Of a DNA stretch of 51,949 nt, positions 36,564 through 46,120 are shown in pieces; positions within the stretch are counted from its first letter, which is position 1, and each line of letters opens with the position of its first letter. Made by a program: the position numbers and the translations under genes. Below the pieces are notes generated by a model. That model made no database searches, was not told the origin of the DNA, and worked only from the letters and a program-made list of their open reading frames with translations. The stretch comes from Longimicrobium sp. (GTDB lineage: Bacteria; Gemmatimonadota; Gemmatimonadetes; Longimicrobiales; Longimicrobiaceae), in assembly GCA_036260235.1 (NCBI GenBank), contig DATAAG010000393.1, positions 1 to 51,949 on the forward strand. Direction: 5' to 3'.

Positions 36564-37249
36564 GCGCCACGCCCATTCGCGCGGGGAGCGAGTACGACCC
36601 GTCGTCCTGGCCGGAGGCGCGCCAGAACCCCGGCTTTGCCGGCGACACGGGGGAGTTCGGGCAGCTGACGGAGGACGACGTCCGCGGCATCAGCTACGTG
36701 GGCCAGCGGCCGGCGGACGGCGGCCACGCCTCCGTCGCGGGAACGCTGCCGTACCAGGTGGCCACCAGCAACCCCGAGGCGCCCCTCTTCGTGGGGCCGT
36801 ACGAGGAGCGGCTGGAGAAGGTGATCGGCCGCTACCCGGACCGGCAGGCGGCGCTCCTTCCCGCGCTGCACCTTGCCCACGAGCTGCGCGGCTACCTGAG
36901 CCCGGCCACGATGGACGAGGTGGCGGAGCGGCTGCAGCTGCCGCCCGCGTACGTGCGGGGGGTGGCCAGCTTCTACACCATGTACAACCTGGCCCCGGTG
37001 GGAAAGTACCTCATCCAGGTGTGCACCAACATCTCGTGCAACCTGTGCGGGGGCGACGCGGTGATGGAGTCGTTCCTCAAGCACACGGGCACCGAGCCGG
37101 GCGAGATCAGCGCGAACGGCCTCTGGACGGTGATGGAGGTGGAGTGCCTGGGCGCCTGCGGCTTTCCCACCGCGGTGCAGATCAACGAGCGCTACTACGA
37201 GAACGTGCGGCCCCAGGACGTGCCGGCGATTCTGGAGAGGCTCACGTGA
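36560..37249 (+). CDS. nuoE: NADH-quinone oxidoreductase subunit E (N-terminally extended)
   Basis: VASFYTMY, VCTNISC, ECLGAC. Confidence 0.93.
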   Translation: MSATPIRAGSEYDPSSWPEARQNPGFAGDTGEFGQLTEDDVRGISYVGQRPADGGHASVAGTLPYQVATSNPEAPLFVGPYEERLEKVIGRYPDRQAALLPALHLAHELRGYLSPATMDEVAERLQLPPAYVRGVASFYTMYNLAPVGKYLIQVCTNISCNLCGGDAVMESFLKHTGTEPGEISANGLWTVMEVECLGACGFPTAVQINERYYENVRPQDVPAILERLT

Positions 37250-37269
37250 GGGCCGGGTTTGGAGCGGGA

Positions 37270-37349
37270 GTGTCAGGTGCCCAGGATCTAGTGTCAAGTA
37301 ACTGCTTGCGCTTTTCCACTGGGCACCTGAACCTGGGCACCGGGCACTA
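37270..37349. repeat. Heptamer-based inverted-repeat element between nuoE and nuoF
   Basis: caggtgcccagg ... ctgggcacctgaacctgggcaccgggcact. Confidence 0.7.
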
Positions 37350-37355
37350 GGACTT

Positions 37356-38645
37356 ATGGCGTATCCGTACAGGCACCCGTCCGAGGTCCGCCTCCTTTCC
37401 GAGCACTTCGGCAACCCGCGCGCGCGGACGCTGGAGGGCTGGGTGGAGCTGGGCGGCTACAAAGCGCTGCGCAAGGCGCTGGGGATGGACCGCGCCGAGA
37501 TCGTGAACGTGGTCAAGGCCTCGGGGCTGCGCGGCCGCGGCGGCGCCGGCTTCCCCACGGGGATGAAGTGGAGCTTCATGCCCAGGAAGGAGCCGGGAAA
37601 GCCGCACTTCCTCATCTGCAACGCCGACGAGAGCGAGCCGGGCACCTTCAAGGACCGCGAGCTCATGCGGTGGACGCCGCACGCGCTCATCGAGGGGTGC
37701 CTGGTCGGCGCGTACGCCATCAACGCCGAGCACGCCTACATCTACGTCCGCGGCGAGTTCTTCGAGGCGGCGCAGATCATGGCTCGCGCCATCGAGGAGG
37801 CGTACGCGGCGGGCTACATCGGCAAGAACGTCCTCGGCAGCGGGATCGACCTGGATCTCACCCTGCACATCGGCGCGGGCGCCTACATCTGTGGCGAGGA
37901 GACAGGGCTGCTCAACTCGCTGGAGGGGCGCCGCGGCGAGCCGCGCGTCAAGCCGCCCTACCCGGCCATCGCGGGCGCCTTCCGCTACCCCACGGCCGTC
38001 AACAACGTCGAATCCCTCATCGCCGCCGCGCAGATCGTGGAGAACGGCGCGGAGTGGTACAGGCAGTGGGGGACGGAGAAGTCCACCGGCACCAAGCTCT
38101 TCTGCGTGAGCGGCCACGTGAAGTACCCCGGCAACTACGAGGTGCCGCTGGGCTTCAACTTCAGGGAGTTCATCTACGACGTTTGCGGCGGCACGCCGTC
38201 CGGCAAGGCGATCAAGGCGGTGATCCCCGGCGGCAGCTCGGTGCCCATCCTGACGGCGGACGAGCTGGACATCGGGATGGACTACGAGGCCATGGCGGCC
38301 GCGGGGACCATGCTGGGGTGCGGCAGCGTGATCGTGATGGACGAGGGGACCAACGTCGTCAAGCAGGTGCGGCGGATGGTGGACTTCTACAGCCACGAGA
38401 GCTGCGGCCAGTGCACGCCCTGCCGCGAGGGCACCACCTGGAGCGCCAAGATCCTGCGGCGCATCGAGATGGGCCGCGGCACCCCCGACGACCTGGACAC
38501 GCTGCTGGACATCAGCGACAAGATGACGGGCAAGACCATCTGCGTGCTGTCCGACGCGGCGGCGGCGCCCATCGTCAGCAGCATCCAGAAGTTCCGCGGC
38601 GACTACCTGGCGCTGATGGAGGCGCCGATGCTCACGGCGGTGTGA
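37356..38645 (+). CDS. nuoF: NADH-quinone oxidoreductase subunit F
   Basis: GLRGRGGAGFPTG, NADESEPGTFKDR, GAGAYICGEET, ESCGQCTPCREG. Confidence 0.97.
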   Translation: MAYPYRHPSEVRLLSEHFGNPRARTLEGWVELGGYKALRKALGMDRAEIVNVVKASGLRGRGGAGFPTGMKWSFMPRKEPGKPHFLICNADESEPGTFKDRELMRWTPHALIEGCLVGAYAINAEHAYIYVRGEFFEAAQIMARAIEEAYAAGYIGKNVLGSGIDLDLTLHIGAGAYICGEETGLLNSLEGRRGEPRVKPPYPAIAGAFRYPTAVNNVESLIAAAQIVENGAEWYRQWGTEKSTGTKLFCVSGHVKYPGNYEVPLGFNFREFIYDVCGGTPSGKAIKAVIPGGSSVPILTADELDIGMDYEAMAAAGTMLGCGSVIVMDEGTNVVKQVRRMVDFYSHESCGQCTPCREGTTWSAKILRRIEMGRGTPDDLDTLLDISDKMTGKTICVLSDAAAAPIVSSIQKFRGDYLALMEAPMLTAV

Positions 38646-38658
38646 GGAAAAGAAGGAC

Positions 38659-38727
38659 CTGGTGCCTAGTACCAAGTGCCTGGAAGGGCGTCGGTACCAG
38701 GTACTGGGCACGAGGTACTGGGCACTG
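38659..38727. repeat. Heptamer-based inverted-repeat element between nuoF and nuoG
   Basis: ggtgcctagtaccaagtgcc ... ggtaccaggtactgggcacgaggtactgggcact. Confidence 0.65.
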
Positions 38728-38773
38728 GATGGGGCCGGCGCCCGCGCCGGACGATGCACTTTCAGGAGGCCAC

Positions 38774-40384
38774 GTGGCCGACGAGACGACTGCGGTAGAG
38801 ACGGTCTCCGTCACCATCGACGGAATGACGCTGGCGGTGCCCAGGGGGACGCGCCTGCTGGACGCGTGCGCCCAGGCGGGCGTGGACGTGCCCCATTACT
38901 GCTACCACCCCGGCCTTTCCGCCCCCGCCCAGTGCCGCATGTGCCTGGTGGAGGTGGAGAAGAGCCCCAAGCTGGTGCCGGCGTGCGTGGGCACGGTGGC
39001 CGACGGCATGGTGGTGCACACCGAGAGCGAGAACGCCCTCCAGGCCCGCGAGGGGGTGCTGGAGTTCTACCTGGTGAACCACCCCCTGGACTGCCCCGTC
39101 TGTGACCAGTCCGGCGAGTGCAAGCTGCAGGACTACGTCAGCGCCGAAGGCCCGGCGATGGGCCGCAGCAAGGAGCCCAAGCGCGTCCTGGGCCGCGACG
39201 ACTTCGGCGGCGACGTGCTCTTCTACGCCGACCGCTGCGTGATGTGCACCCGGTGCGTGCGCTTCATGCGCGAGGTGGCGCAGGACGAGCGGCTGGCGGT
39301 GGTGCAGCGGGGAAGCCGGAACGTCATCGACACCTTCTTCGACGACGGGCTCACCGGCAGCCTGTGGGCCGACAACATCGTCGACATCTGCCCGGTGGGC
39401 GCGCTGGTCAGCAAGGACTTCCTGCACAAGGCCCGCGCCTGGGACCTGGACCGCACGCCCAGCATCTGCCCCAACTGCACCCAGGGGTGCAACGTGCGGC
39501 TGGAGACGCGCGACAACCAGGTGATGCGCATCAAGCCGCGCCCCAACCCCGAGGTGAACAGCCACTGGATGTGCGACTTCGGGCGGCTGAACTACGCGTG
39601 GATCAACCGCGTGGACCGCGTGGAGGCGCCGCTGGTGCGCGACGGCTCGGGAAAGCTGGTGCCCATGTCGTGGTCCGACGCGCTGACGCGGCTGGCGGAC
39701 GCGCTGCGCGGCCAGACCGGCGGCGCGGCGGCGGTGGTGAGCCCCTTCGCGGCCAACGAGGACCTGGGCGCGCTGCGCCGGGTGATGGACGCCGTGGGCG
39801 GCGGCAGCGGCGTGTTCCGCTGCGAGCAGGGCGAGGAGGTGCCGCTTCCCGGCTTCCCCACGCTCTCGCTGCGGCGCGACCGCGCGGCCAACGTGATGGG
39901 CGCCACGCTCTTCGGCTATGACCGGACGGGCGGGGCGGACGGCAAGGGCGGGCTGGAGGAGGTGGCGGGGCACGCGGGCGTGCTCTTCGTGCTGGGCGAC
40001 GAGCTGGCCGACGCGCCGGCGGACTTTGGCGCGAACGCGTCGCTCTTCGTCTACGTGGGGCAGCAGCTGGCCCCCGCGGCGCGCAACGCCCACTTCGTGC
40101 TGCCGGCGACGACGTTCGCGGAGATGGAGGGCACCTTCACCAACGTGCAGCGCCGGGTGCAGCGCTTCTGGCCGGCGCTGCGCGCGCCGGGGATGGCGCG
40201 CCCCGCGTGGCAGATCCTGGGCGTGCTGCTGGCCGGCATCGCCGAGGCGGGCGCGCCGGGGACGGCGGCGGACGCCTTCGCGGGGCTGGCGGCGGTGCGG
40301 CCGGAGTTCGGGATGCTCTCCTGGGCGGACCTGGGCGCGCAGGGCGCCGAGCTGCCGGAGGCGGTGGGGCAGGCGGGGGACTGA
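38774..40384 (+). CDS. nuoG: NADH-quinone oxidoreductase subunit G (short form, 536 aa)
   Basis: RBS AGGAGG, GTG start; CYHPGL...CRMC, HPLDCPVCDQSGEC, CVMCTRC...CPVG, CPNCTQGC. Confidence 0.93.
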   Translation: MADETTAVETVSVTIDGMTLAVPRGTRLLDACAQAGVDVPHYCYHPGLSAPAQCRMCLVEVEKSPKLVPACVGTVADGMVVHTESENALQAREGVLEFYLVNHPLDCPVCDQSGECKLQDYVSAEGPAMGRSKEPKRVLGRDDFGGDVLFYADRCVMCTRCVRFMREVAQDERLAVVQRGSRNVIDTFFDDGLTGSLWADNIVDICPVGALVSKDFLHKARAWDLDRTPSICPNCTQGCNVRLETRDNQVMRIKPRPNPEVNSHWMCDFGRLNYAWINRVDRVEAPLVRDGSGKLVPMSWSDALTRLADALRGQTGGAAAVVSPFAANEDLGALRRVMDAVGGGSGVFRCEQGEEVPLPGFPTLSLRRDRAANVMGATLFGYDRTGGADGKGGLEEVAGHAGVLFVLGDELADAPADFGANASLFVYVGQQLAPAARNAHFVLPATTFAEMEGTFTNVQRRVQRFWPALRAPGMARPAWQILGVLLAGIAEAGAPGTAADAFAGLAAVRPEFGMLSWADLGAQGAELPEAVGQAGD

Positions 40385-40395
40385 GGGGAAGGATC

Positions 40396-40608
40396 GAGTG
40401 CCCAGGTTCAAGTGCGCAGGAAAAGCACCTGACACTTGAACCCGGGCACTGGGCACTCGTTACGGGGCGCGCAGGGCGCCGCGCTGCCGGAGGCGGCGGG
40501 GAAAGGAGAAGTACCCAGTACCGAGTACCGAGCGTCACCGCACCAGGTACCGGGTACCAGGCACTTCGTAGCTGGCACTTGAACCTGGGCACTGGACCCT
40601 GGGCACTT
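40396..40608. repeat. Two heptamer-based inverted-repeat elements flanking a 37-bp duplicate of the nuoG 3' end
   Basis: Elements at ~40396-40458 and ~40510-40608; 40465-40501 matches 40333-40369 at 35/37. Confidence 0.8.
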
Positions 40609-40610
40609 AC

Positions 40611-41960
40611 ATGCTCCAAGCAGGCACGGGCACCACGACGACCGAGAACCTGATCGAGGTGGGGGGCACCGCGTTCCTGGTGTTCTCCGCCGTCAAGGTG
40701 CTGGCGGTCTTCACGGTGGTGATGGTGGTGGTGGCGCTCCTGACGCTGATGGAGCGCAAGGTGAGCGCGTGGATGCAGGACCGCCTGGGCCCCAACCGCG
40801 TGGGCCCCGGCGGCATCGCGCAGCCGCTGGCGGACGGGATCAAGAACATCCTCAAGGAGGAGACCAACCCGGCGGAGGCCAACCGGGTGTTCTTCACCCT
40901 GGCGCCCATGCTCTCCATCATCCCGGCGCTCATCACCTTCGCCGTCATCCCCTTCGCCGCGCCGCTCCCCACCCGCTGGGGGGTGGTGCCCATGATGGTG
41001 GCGGACATCCCCATCGGCGTGCTCTTCCTGCTGGCGTTCAGCTCGCTGGGCGTGTTCGGCATCGTGATCGCCGGGTGGGCCAGCAGCAACAAGTACGCGC
41101 TGCTGGGCGGCCTGCGCGCGGGCGCGCAGATGATCAGCTACGAGATCTCGCTGGGCCTGTCGCTCATGTCCGTCTTCTTCCTCGTCGGCAACGTGGGGCT
41201 GGACGAGGTGGTGTGGACGCAGCAGCGGATGAACCTGTGGTTCGCCCTGCCGCTGGCGCTCTCGTTCTTCTTCTTCTGGATCAGCTGCTTCGCCGAGACC
41301 AACCGCCTTCCCTTCGACCTCCCCGAGGCCGAGTCGGAGCTGGTGACCGGCTACCACACCGAGTACAGCGCGATGAAGTTCAGCATGTTCTTCATCGCCG
41401 AGTACGCGCACGTGCTCACGGTGAGCGCGCTGATGGCCACGCTCTTCCTGGGCGGGTGGGACATCCCCGGCTGGGGCGGCGACGACATGCTGGGCGTGGT
41501 GGACGGGCAGTGGGTGGGCGCCACGCCGCGCTGGTGGATCACGCTGCTGACCTTCTTCTCGTTCGCCATCAAGACCTTCCTCTTCATCCTGATCTTCATG
41601 CTGGTGCGCTGGACCGTGCCGCGGTTCCGCTACGACCAGGTGATGGACCTGGGATGGAAGATCATGCTCCCCGTGGCCCTGGTCGCGGTGGTGGTGACGG
41701 GCGCCACGGTGCTGGCGCTGGACGACCTGGGGGTGGCGATGGACCGGCTGTACTGGGGCTTCGTGCCGCTGTACGGGCTGGTGCTGACGGTGGTGAACGT
41801 GGCCATGCTGGCGGCGGTGCTGTGGCTGATGGACCGCGGCCACACCCTGGCCGGCAGCGGGGCGATGGAAGAAAAGCGCGCCGCGGCCCGCGAGCGCGCC
41901 CGGCGCCGCGCCGAGCAGATGCGCGTTGCACTCACGACTCCCCGCGCGGAGACGAGGTAG
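40611..41960 (+). CDS. nuoH: NADH-quinone oxidoreductase subunit H
   Basis: ERKVSAWMQDRLGPNRVG, QPLADGIK, AETNRLPFDLPEAESELV.GYHTEYS, PRFRYDQ. Confidence 0.97.
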   Translation: MLQAGTGTTTTENLIEVGGTAFLVFSAVKVLAVFTVVMVVVALLTLMERKVSAWMQDRLGPNRVGPGGIAQPLADGIKNILKEETNPAEANRVFFTLAPMLSIIPALITFAVIPFAAPLPTRWGVVPMMVADIPIGVLFLLAFSSLGVFGIVIAGWASSNKYALLGGLRAGAQMISYEISLGLSLMSVFFLVGNVGLDEVVWTQQRMNLWFALPLALSFFFFWISCFAETNRLPFDLPEAESELVTGYHTEYSAMKFSMFFIAEYAHVLTVSALMATLFLGGWDIPGWGGDDMLGVVDGQWVGATPRWWITLLTFFSFAIKTFLFILIFMLVRWTVPRFRYDQVMDLGWKIMLPVALVAVVVTGATVLALDDLGVAMDRLYWGFVPLYGLVLTVVNVAMLAAVLWLMDRGHTLAGSGAMEEKRAAARERARRRAEQMRVALTTPRAETR

Positions 41961-41963
41961 GAG

Positions 41964-42473
41964 ATGGCCGTCAAGGTCGTGACGATGAAGCGCCCGGTGC
42001 GGAAGTCTTCGTACATCCGGGCTTCGCTCAAGGGGATGGCGCTCACCTTCCGGCACCTGGTGAAGTCGGCGGGCGACCGCAGCGAGGTGACCATCCAGTA
42101 CCCCGAGCAGAAGAAGCAGCTGAGCCCGCGCTGGCGGGGGACGCACGTGATGGAGACGCACGAGGACGGGCGTCCCAAGTGCGTGGCGTGCGGCCTGTGC
42201 CCCACCATCTGCCCGGCCAACTGCATCAAGCTGGTGCCCGGCGAGGACGACCAGGGGAACCGCTACCCCATCGTCTACGAGATTGACGAGTTCCGCTGCA
42301 TCTTCTGCGGGATGTGCCAGGAGGTGTGCCCGGTGGAGGCGATCCACGTGGGCAACCACTACGAGAACGCCGAGTACAGCCGCAACGACTTCGTCTACGA
42401 CCTGGACCGGCTGATGAAGCAGCCGCACCCCTCCACCCTGCTCTGGGATCCGGCCGATCCGGCAGGGGAGTAG
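41964..42473 (+). CDS. nuoI: NADH-quinone oxidoreductase subunit I
   Basis: TIQYPE, CVACGLCPTICP, CIFCGMCQEVCP. Confidence 0.97.
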   Translation: MAVKVVTMKRPVRKSSYIRASLKGMALTFRHLVKSAGDRSEVTIQYPEQKKQLSPRWRGTHVMETHEDGRPKCVACGLCPTICPANCIKLVPGEDDQGNRYPIVYEIDEFRCIFCGMCQEVCPVEAIHVGNHYENAEYSRNDFVYDLDRLMKQPHPSTLLWDPADPAGE

Positions 42474-42533
42474 GTGATGGAGTGATGGAGTGATGGAGTG
42501 ATGGAGTGATGGAGTGATGGAGTGATGGAGTGA
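42474..42533. repeat. Perfect octamer tandem repeat (GTGATGGA)x7.5 immediately after the nuoI stop
   Basis: Seen directly. Confidence 0.95.
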
Positions 42534-42650
42534 ATGTCGTAGGGCGGGGCGGGAGCGCTGAGGCGGGGTGTGGCGCGAGGGGCGGGCGCCCCCCTCCTTC
42601 CCCGCAAGCTGGCGCGGGGAGGGAGAACGGCGGGTTCTCGCGGCCGGGTT

Positions 42651-42700
42651 GTCCGCGAAGGCGGACTGCGCGTAGCGGTTGCGGCGATTCAATCGCTGGG
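42651..42700 (-). repeat. Double-hairpin dispersed repeat, copy 2
   Basis: Reverse complement cccagcgattgaatcgccgcaaccgctacgcgcagtccgccttcgcggac. Confidence 0.75.
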
Positions 42701-42846
42701 CAGGGGAGTCGGCTGATGCTGGAATGAAGTGCCTGCGGCGGCGGCTGCCTCCGCGAGGACTTTCGTGTTTTCAGGCGCCCGGCGCGGGCGCCCGGCGGGG
42801 CGGAGGGTCCGTCCGCCCCCAACGACCGATCGGGACAAGCGATCGA

Positions 42847-43371
42847 ATGGTAACCCAGGCCCTGTTCTTCTTCTTCGCGGCGTGCGCCGGCGGCAGCGCC
42901 CTGGCCATGGTCACGCGCAGGAATCCCGTGGCCAGCGCCATGTGGCTCATCGGCACCTTCTTCTCGCTGGCCGCCATCTACACCCTGCTGGGCGCCTTCT
43001 TCATCGGCATCATCCAGATCCTGGTGTACGCCGGCGCCATCATGGTGCTGTTCCTGTTCGTCATCATGCTGCTCAACCTGGGCAACGACCTGGAGCCCGA
43101 CATCCGCGGCACCGGGTGGAAGGTGATGGCGGGCGGCGCCGCGCTGGTGCTGATCGCCCTGCTGGCCCGCATCTTCGCCGGCGACGTCCCCACGCCGCTG
43201 GGCAACCAGGCCGGGGCCGCGGCGCTGGCGGGGCAGCAGGCCCGCGAGGGCGTGGTGGGGGTGATCGCCGTTCCGCTCTACGGGGAGTACATGGTGATGC
43301 TGCAGGCCACGGCCATGCTGCTGCTGATCGCGGTGGTGGGCGCCGTGGTGCTGGCCAAGAGAAAGGTCTGA
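42847..43371 (+). CDS. nuoJ: NADH-quinone oxidoreductase subunit J
   Basis: [28 protein letters not shown]. Confidence 0.95.
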   Translation: MVTQALFFFFAACAGGSALAMVTRRNPVASAMWLIGTFFSLAAIYTLLGAFFIGIIQILVYAGAIMVLFLFVIMLLNLGNDLEPDIRGTGWKVMAGGAALVLIALLARIFAGDVPTPLGNQAGAAALAGQQAREGVVGVIAVPLYGEYMVMLQATAMLLLIAVVGAVVLAKRKV

Positions 43372-43375
43372 GCGG

Positions 43376-43681
43376 ATGGAGACCGTACCGCTTTCGTACT
43401 CGCTGGGGCTGAGCGCCCTCCTGTTCTGCATCGGCGTGGCGGGCGTGGTGGTGCGCCGAAACGCCATCATCCTGTTCATGTGCATCGAGCTCATGCTCAA
43501 CGCCGTGAACCTGGCGTTCGTGGCGCTGGCCCCCACCGCGGGGGCGGAGGGACAGGTGTTCGTGTTCTTCGTGATCGCCGTCGCCGCCGCCGAGGCCGCG
43601 GTGGGGCTGGCCATCATCATCGCGGTCTTCCGGCACGCCCAGTCGGTGGACATCAAGAACTTCAGCCTGCTCAGGTGGTAG
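43376..43681 (+). CDS. nuoK: NADH-quinone oxidoreductase subunit K
   Basis: [28 protein letters not shown]. Confidence 0.97.
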   Translation: METVPLSYSLGLSALLFCIGVAGVVVRRNAIILFMCIELMLNAVNLAFVALAPTAGAEGQVFVFFVIAVAAAEAAVGLAIIIAVFRHAQSVDIKNFSLLRW

Positions 43682-43686
43682 GGGTG

Positions 43687-46104
43687 ATGCTCCTCCTTCA
43701 AGCCGCGGACGCGGCGCACGGGGCCCCGGCCGCGGCGCAGGGCGCCGAAGCGGCCGCCCACGGCGCCGCCTTTCACCCGGTGCTCCCCTGGCTCATCCTG
43801 GGGCTGCCGCTGCTCGGGTTCCTGGTCAACGGCGCCCTCTCCCTGATCGCCGCGCGGCGCGCCCTGCCGAAGGTGCCGCCCGTGGGCGACCCGCACTGGG
43901 ACGAGCACGGCCCCGACGCGGCGCACGCGCACCACCCCGCGCCCGCGCTGGCGCACGCCCACGCGGGCGGCACGCCCAGCGAGCAGGAGGGGATGGACGC
44001 CGGCACGCGGCCCAACCCGTTCGACGCAGCCGCGGCGGACCACGCGCATCACGCCCACGACGCGCACGGGCACGACGACCACGCGCACGGGCCCGACGCG
44101 CACGACCATCCCTCCGGGCCCAGGCCCTGGACGCACACGCTGCCGTCGCTCATCGCGCCGGGCGCCATCCTGGGCGCGTTCATCATCGCCGTGCTCAACT
44201 GGATGGCGATGCGCGGGGCGCACGAGTTCCCGGTGGTGCAGGGATGGAGCTGGCTTCCCGCGGGGACGCTGCAGGTGGACTTCAGCCTCCTGCTGGACCC
44301 GCTCTCCATGGTGATGACGCTCATCATCACCGGCGTGGGCTTTCTGATCCACGTCTTTTCCGTGGGCTACATGAAGGAGGACCCCGGGTACCCGCGCTAC
44401 ATGGCGTACCTGAACCTCTTCGTGTTCTTCATGCTCACCCTGGTCCTGGGCGCCTCGTACCCCGTGATGTTCGTGGGGTGGGAGGGCGTGGGGCTGTGCA
44501 GCTACCTGCTCATCGGCTTCTGGTTCACCGAGAAGGCCAACGCCGACGCGGGAAAGAAGGCGTTCATCGTCAACCGCATCGGCGACTTCGGGTTCCTGAT
44601 CGCCATGTTCCTGCTGTTCGCCCACCTGGGGACGCTGAACTTCACGGGGACGGAGGAGGCCGGGGGGGTGATGCAGCTGGCGCCGGAGACGCTTCCGTTC
44701 GGCGGGGCGGTGATCACGGCCATCTGCCTCTTCTTCTTCCTGGGCGCCGCGGGAAAGAGCGCGCAGATCCCGCTGTACGTCTGGCTGCCGGACGCCATGG
44801 CCGGCCCCACGCCGGTCAGCGCGCTGATCCACGCGGCGACGATGGTGACGGCGGGCGTGTACCTGGTGGCCCGCTCCTCCGTCCTCTTCGCCATGGCGCC
44901 GGTGGCGGCGCTCGTCGTCGCCGTCGTCGGGACGCTGACGGCGCTGTTCGCGGCCTCCATCGGCCTGAAGCAGTGGGACATCAAGAAGGTGCTGGCCTAC
45001 TCCACCGTCTCGCAGCTGGGCTTCATGTTCGCGGCGGTGGGGATGGGGGCGTACGTGGCGGGGATCTTCCACCTGATGACGCACGCCTTCTTCAAGGCCT
45101 GCCTCTTCCTGGGCAGCGGCGCGGTGATCCACGCCATGCACCACGCCCTGCACGCCACGCACAACCCGGCGGACGCGCAGGACATCCGCAACATGGGCGG
45201 GCTGCGGAAGTACCTCCCCGTCACCTTCGCCACCATGGCGGTCGCCACGCTGGCCATCGCGGGGGTGCCGCCGTTCGCCGGCTTCTTCTCCAAGGACGAG
45301 ATCATCGGCGCGGCGTGGCTGGGGGCGGACGGCGCCAACCCGCTGGCCGCCGGGCTGGGCGCGGTGGGGATCGACCCGGCGCCCTGGATGTGGATGATCG
45401 GCATCATCCTCTCCATCACCGCGTTCATGACGGCCTTCTACATGGGCCGCATGATGATCTACACCTTCTTCGGCCGCTTCCGCGGCGGGGCGGAGGAGGA
45501 GCGGCACCTGCACGAGGGCGACTGGACGCTCACCGTCCCGCTCATCCTGCTGGCGATCCTCTCCACGGTGGGCGGGCTGCTGAACGTGGAGGAGCACGTC
45601 CCGGTGGTGGAGTGGTTCAACTTCGGCCAGGGGGCGGCGCTGCACGAGTGGCTGCACCCCGTGATGGAGGGGTCGGAGACGGTGATGCGGAACAACGTGC
45701 CCAGCGTGGTGGAGCCGCACCACGCGGCCTGGCCCATCATCCTGGCCATCGTCATCGGCCTGGGTGGGCTGGCGCTGGCCTGGTTCCTGGTCGGCCCGAA
45801 GAACGCGCGCATCCGCACGGCGGCGGAGGAACCGGCGTACCGGGGCGGGCTGCAGAAGGCGCTGTACAACAAGTGGTACGTGGACGAGCTGTACGACCGC
45901 ATCGTGGTGCGCCCCGTGAACGCGCTGTCGCGCGCGCAGTGGGGCTTCGACCGGGTGCTGGACGCCACGGTGGACCTGTTCGGCCGCACGGCGCAGGCAC
46001 TGGGCCTGTACGCGGGGCGCCTGCAGACCGGCCACGTGAACACCTACGCCTTCGTGCTGGTCGTGGGCGTGCTGGTGGTGCTGGGCAGCTTCGTGGCCTT
46101 CTGA
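43687..46104 (+). CDS. nuoL: NADH-quinone oxidoreductase subunit L with His-rich insertion
   Basis: GWEGVGLCSYLLIGFW, NRIGDFG, KSAQIPLYVWLPDAMAGPTPVSALIHAATMV, HAFFKA. Confidence 0.95.
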   Translation: MLLLQAADAAHGAPAAAQGAEAAAHGAAFHPVLPWLILGLPLLGFLVNGALSLIAARRALPKVPPVGDPHWDEHGPDAAHAHHPAPALAHAHAGGTPSEQEGMDAGTRPNPFDAAAADHAHHAHDAHGHDDHAHGPDAHDHPSGPRPWTHTLPSLIAPGAILGAFIIAVLNWMAMRGAHEFPVVQGWSWLPAGTLQVDFSLLLDPLSMVMTLIITGVGFLIHVFSVGYMKEDPGYPRYMAYLNLFVFFMLTLVLGASYPVMFVGWEGVGLCSYLLIGFWFTEKANADAGKKAFIVNRIGDFGFLIAMFLLFAHLGTLNFTGTEEAGGVMQLAPETLPFGGAVITAICLFFFLGAAGKSAQIPLYVWLPDAMAGPTPVSALIHAATMVTAGVYLVARSSVLFAMAPVAALVVAVVGTLTALFAASIGLKQWDIKKVLAYSTVSQLGFMFAAVGMGAYVAGIFHLMTHAFFKACLFLGSGAVIHAMHHALHATHNPADAQDIRNMGGLRKYLPVTFATMAVATLAIAGVPPFAGFFSKDEIIGAAWLGADGANPLAAGLGAVGIDPAPWMWMIGIILSITAFMTAFYMGRMMIYTFFGRFRGGAEEERHLHEGDWTLTVPLILLAILSTVGGLLNVEEHVPVVEWFNFGQGAALHEWLHPVMEGSETVMRNNVPSVVEPHHAAWPIILAIVIGLGGLALAWFLVGPKNARIRTAAEEPAYRGGLQKALYNKWYVDELYDRIVVRPVNALSRAQWGFDRVLDATVDLFGRTAQALGLYAGRLQTGHVNTYAFVLVVGVLVVLGSFVAF

Positions 46105-46120
46105 CGGACGCAGAGACGCA

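Noticed and set aside
37568-40384. 938-aa ORF as a long NuoG
   Set aside because: The upstream part is a shadow of nuoF; an AGGAGG RBS and GTG at 38774 mark the real start.
42226-46035. 1269-aa antisense ORF and similar long reverse-strand ORFs (19280-21907, 21916-23787, 40137-42692)
   Set aside because: Stop-poor shadows typical of high-GC coding DNA, lying opposite well-supported genes and without recognisable motifs.
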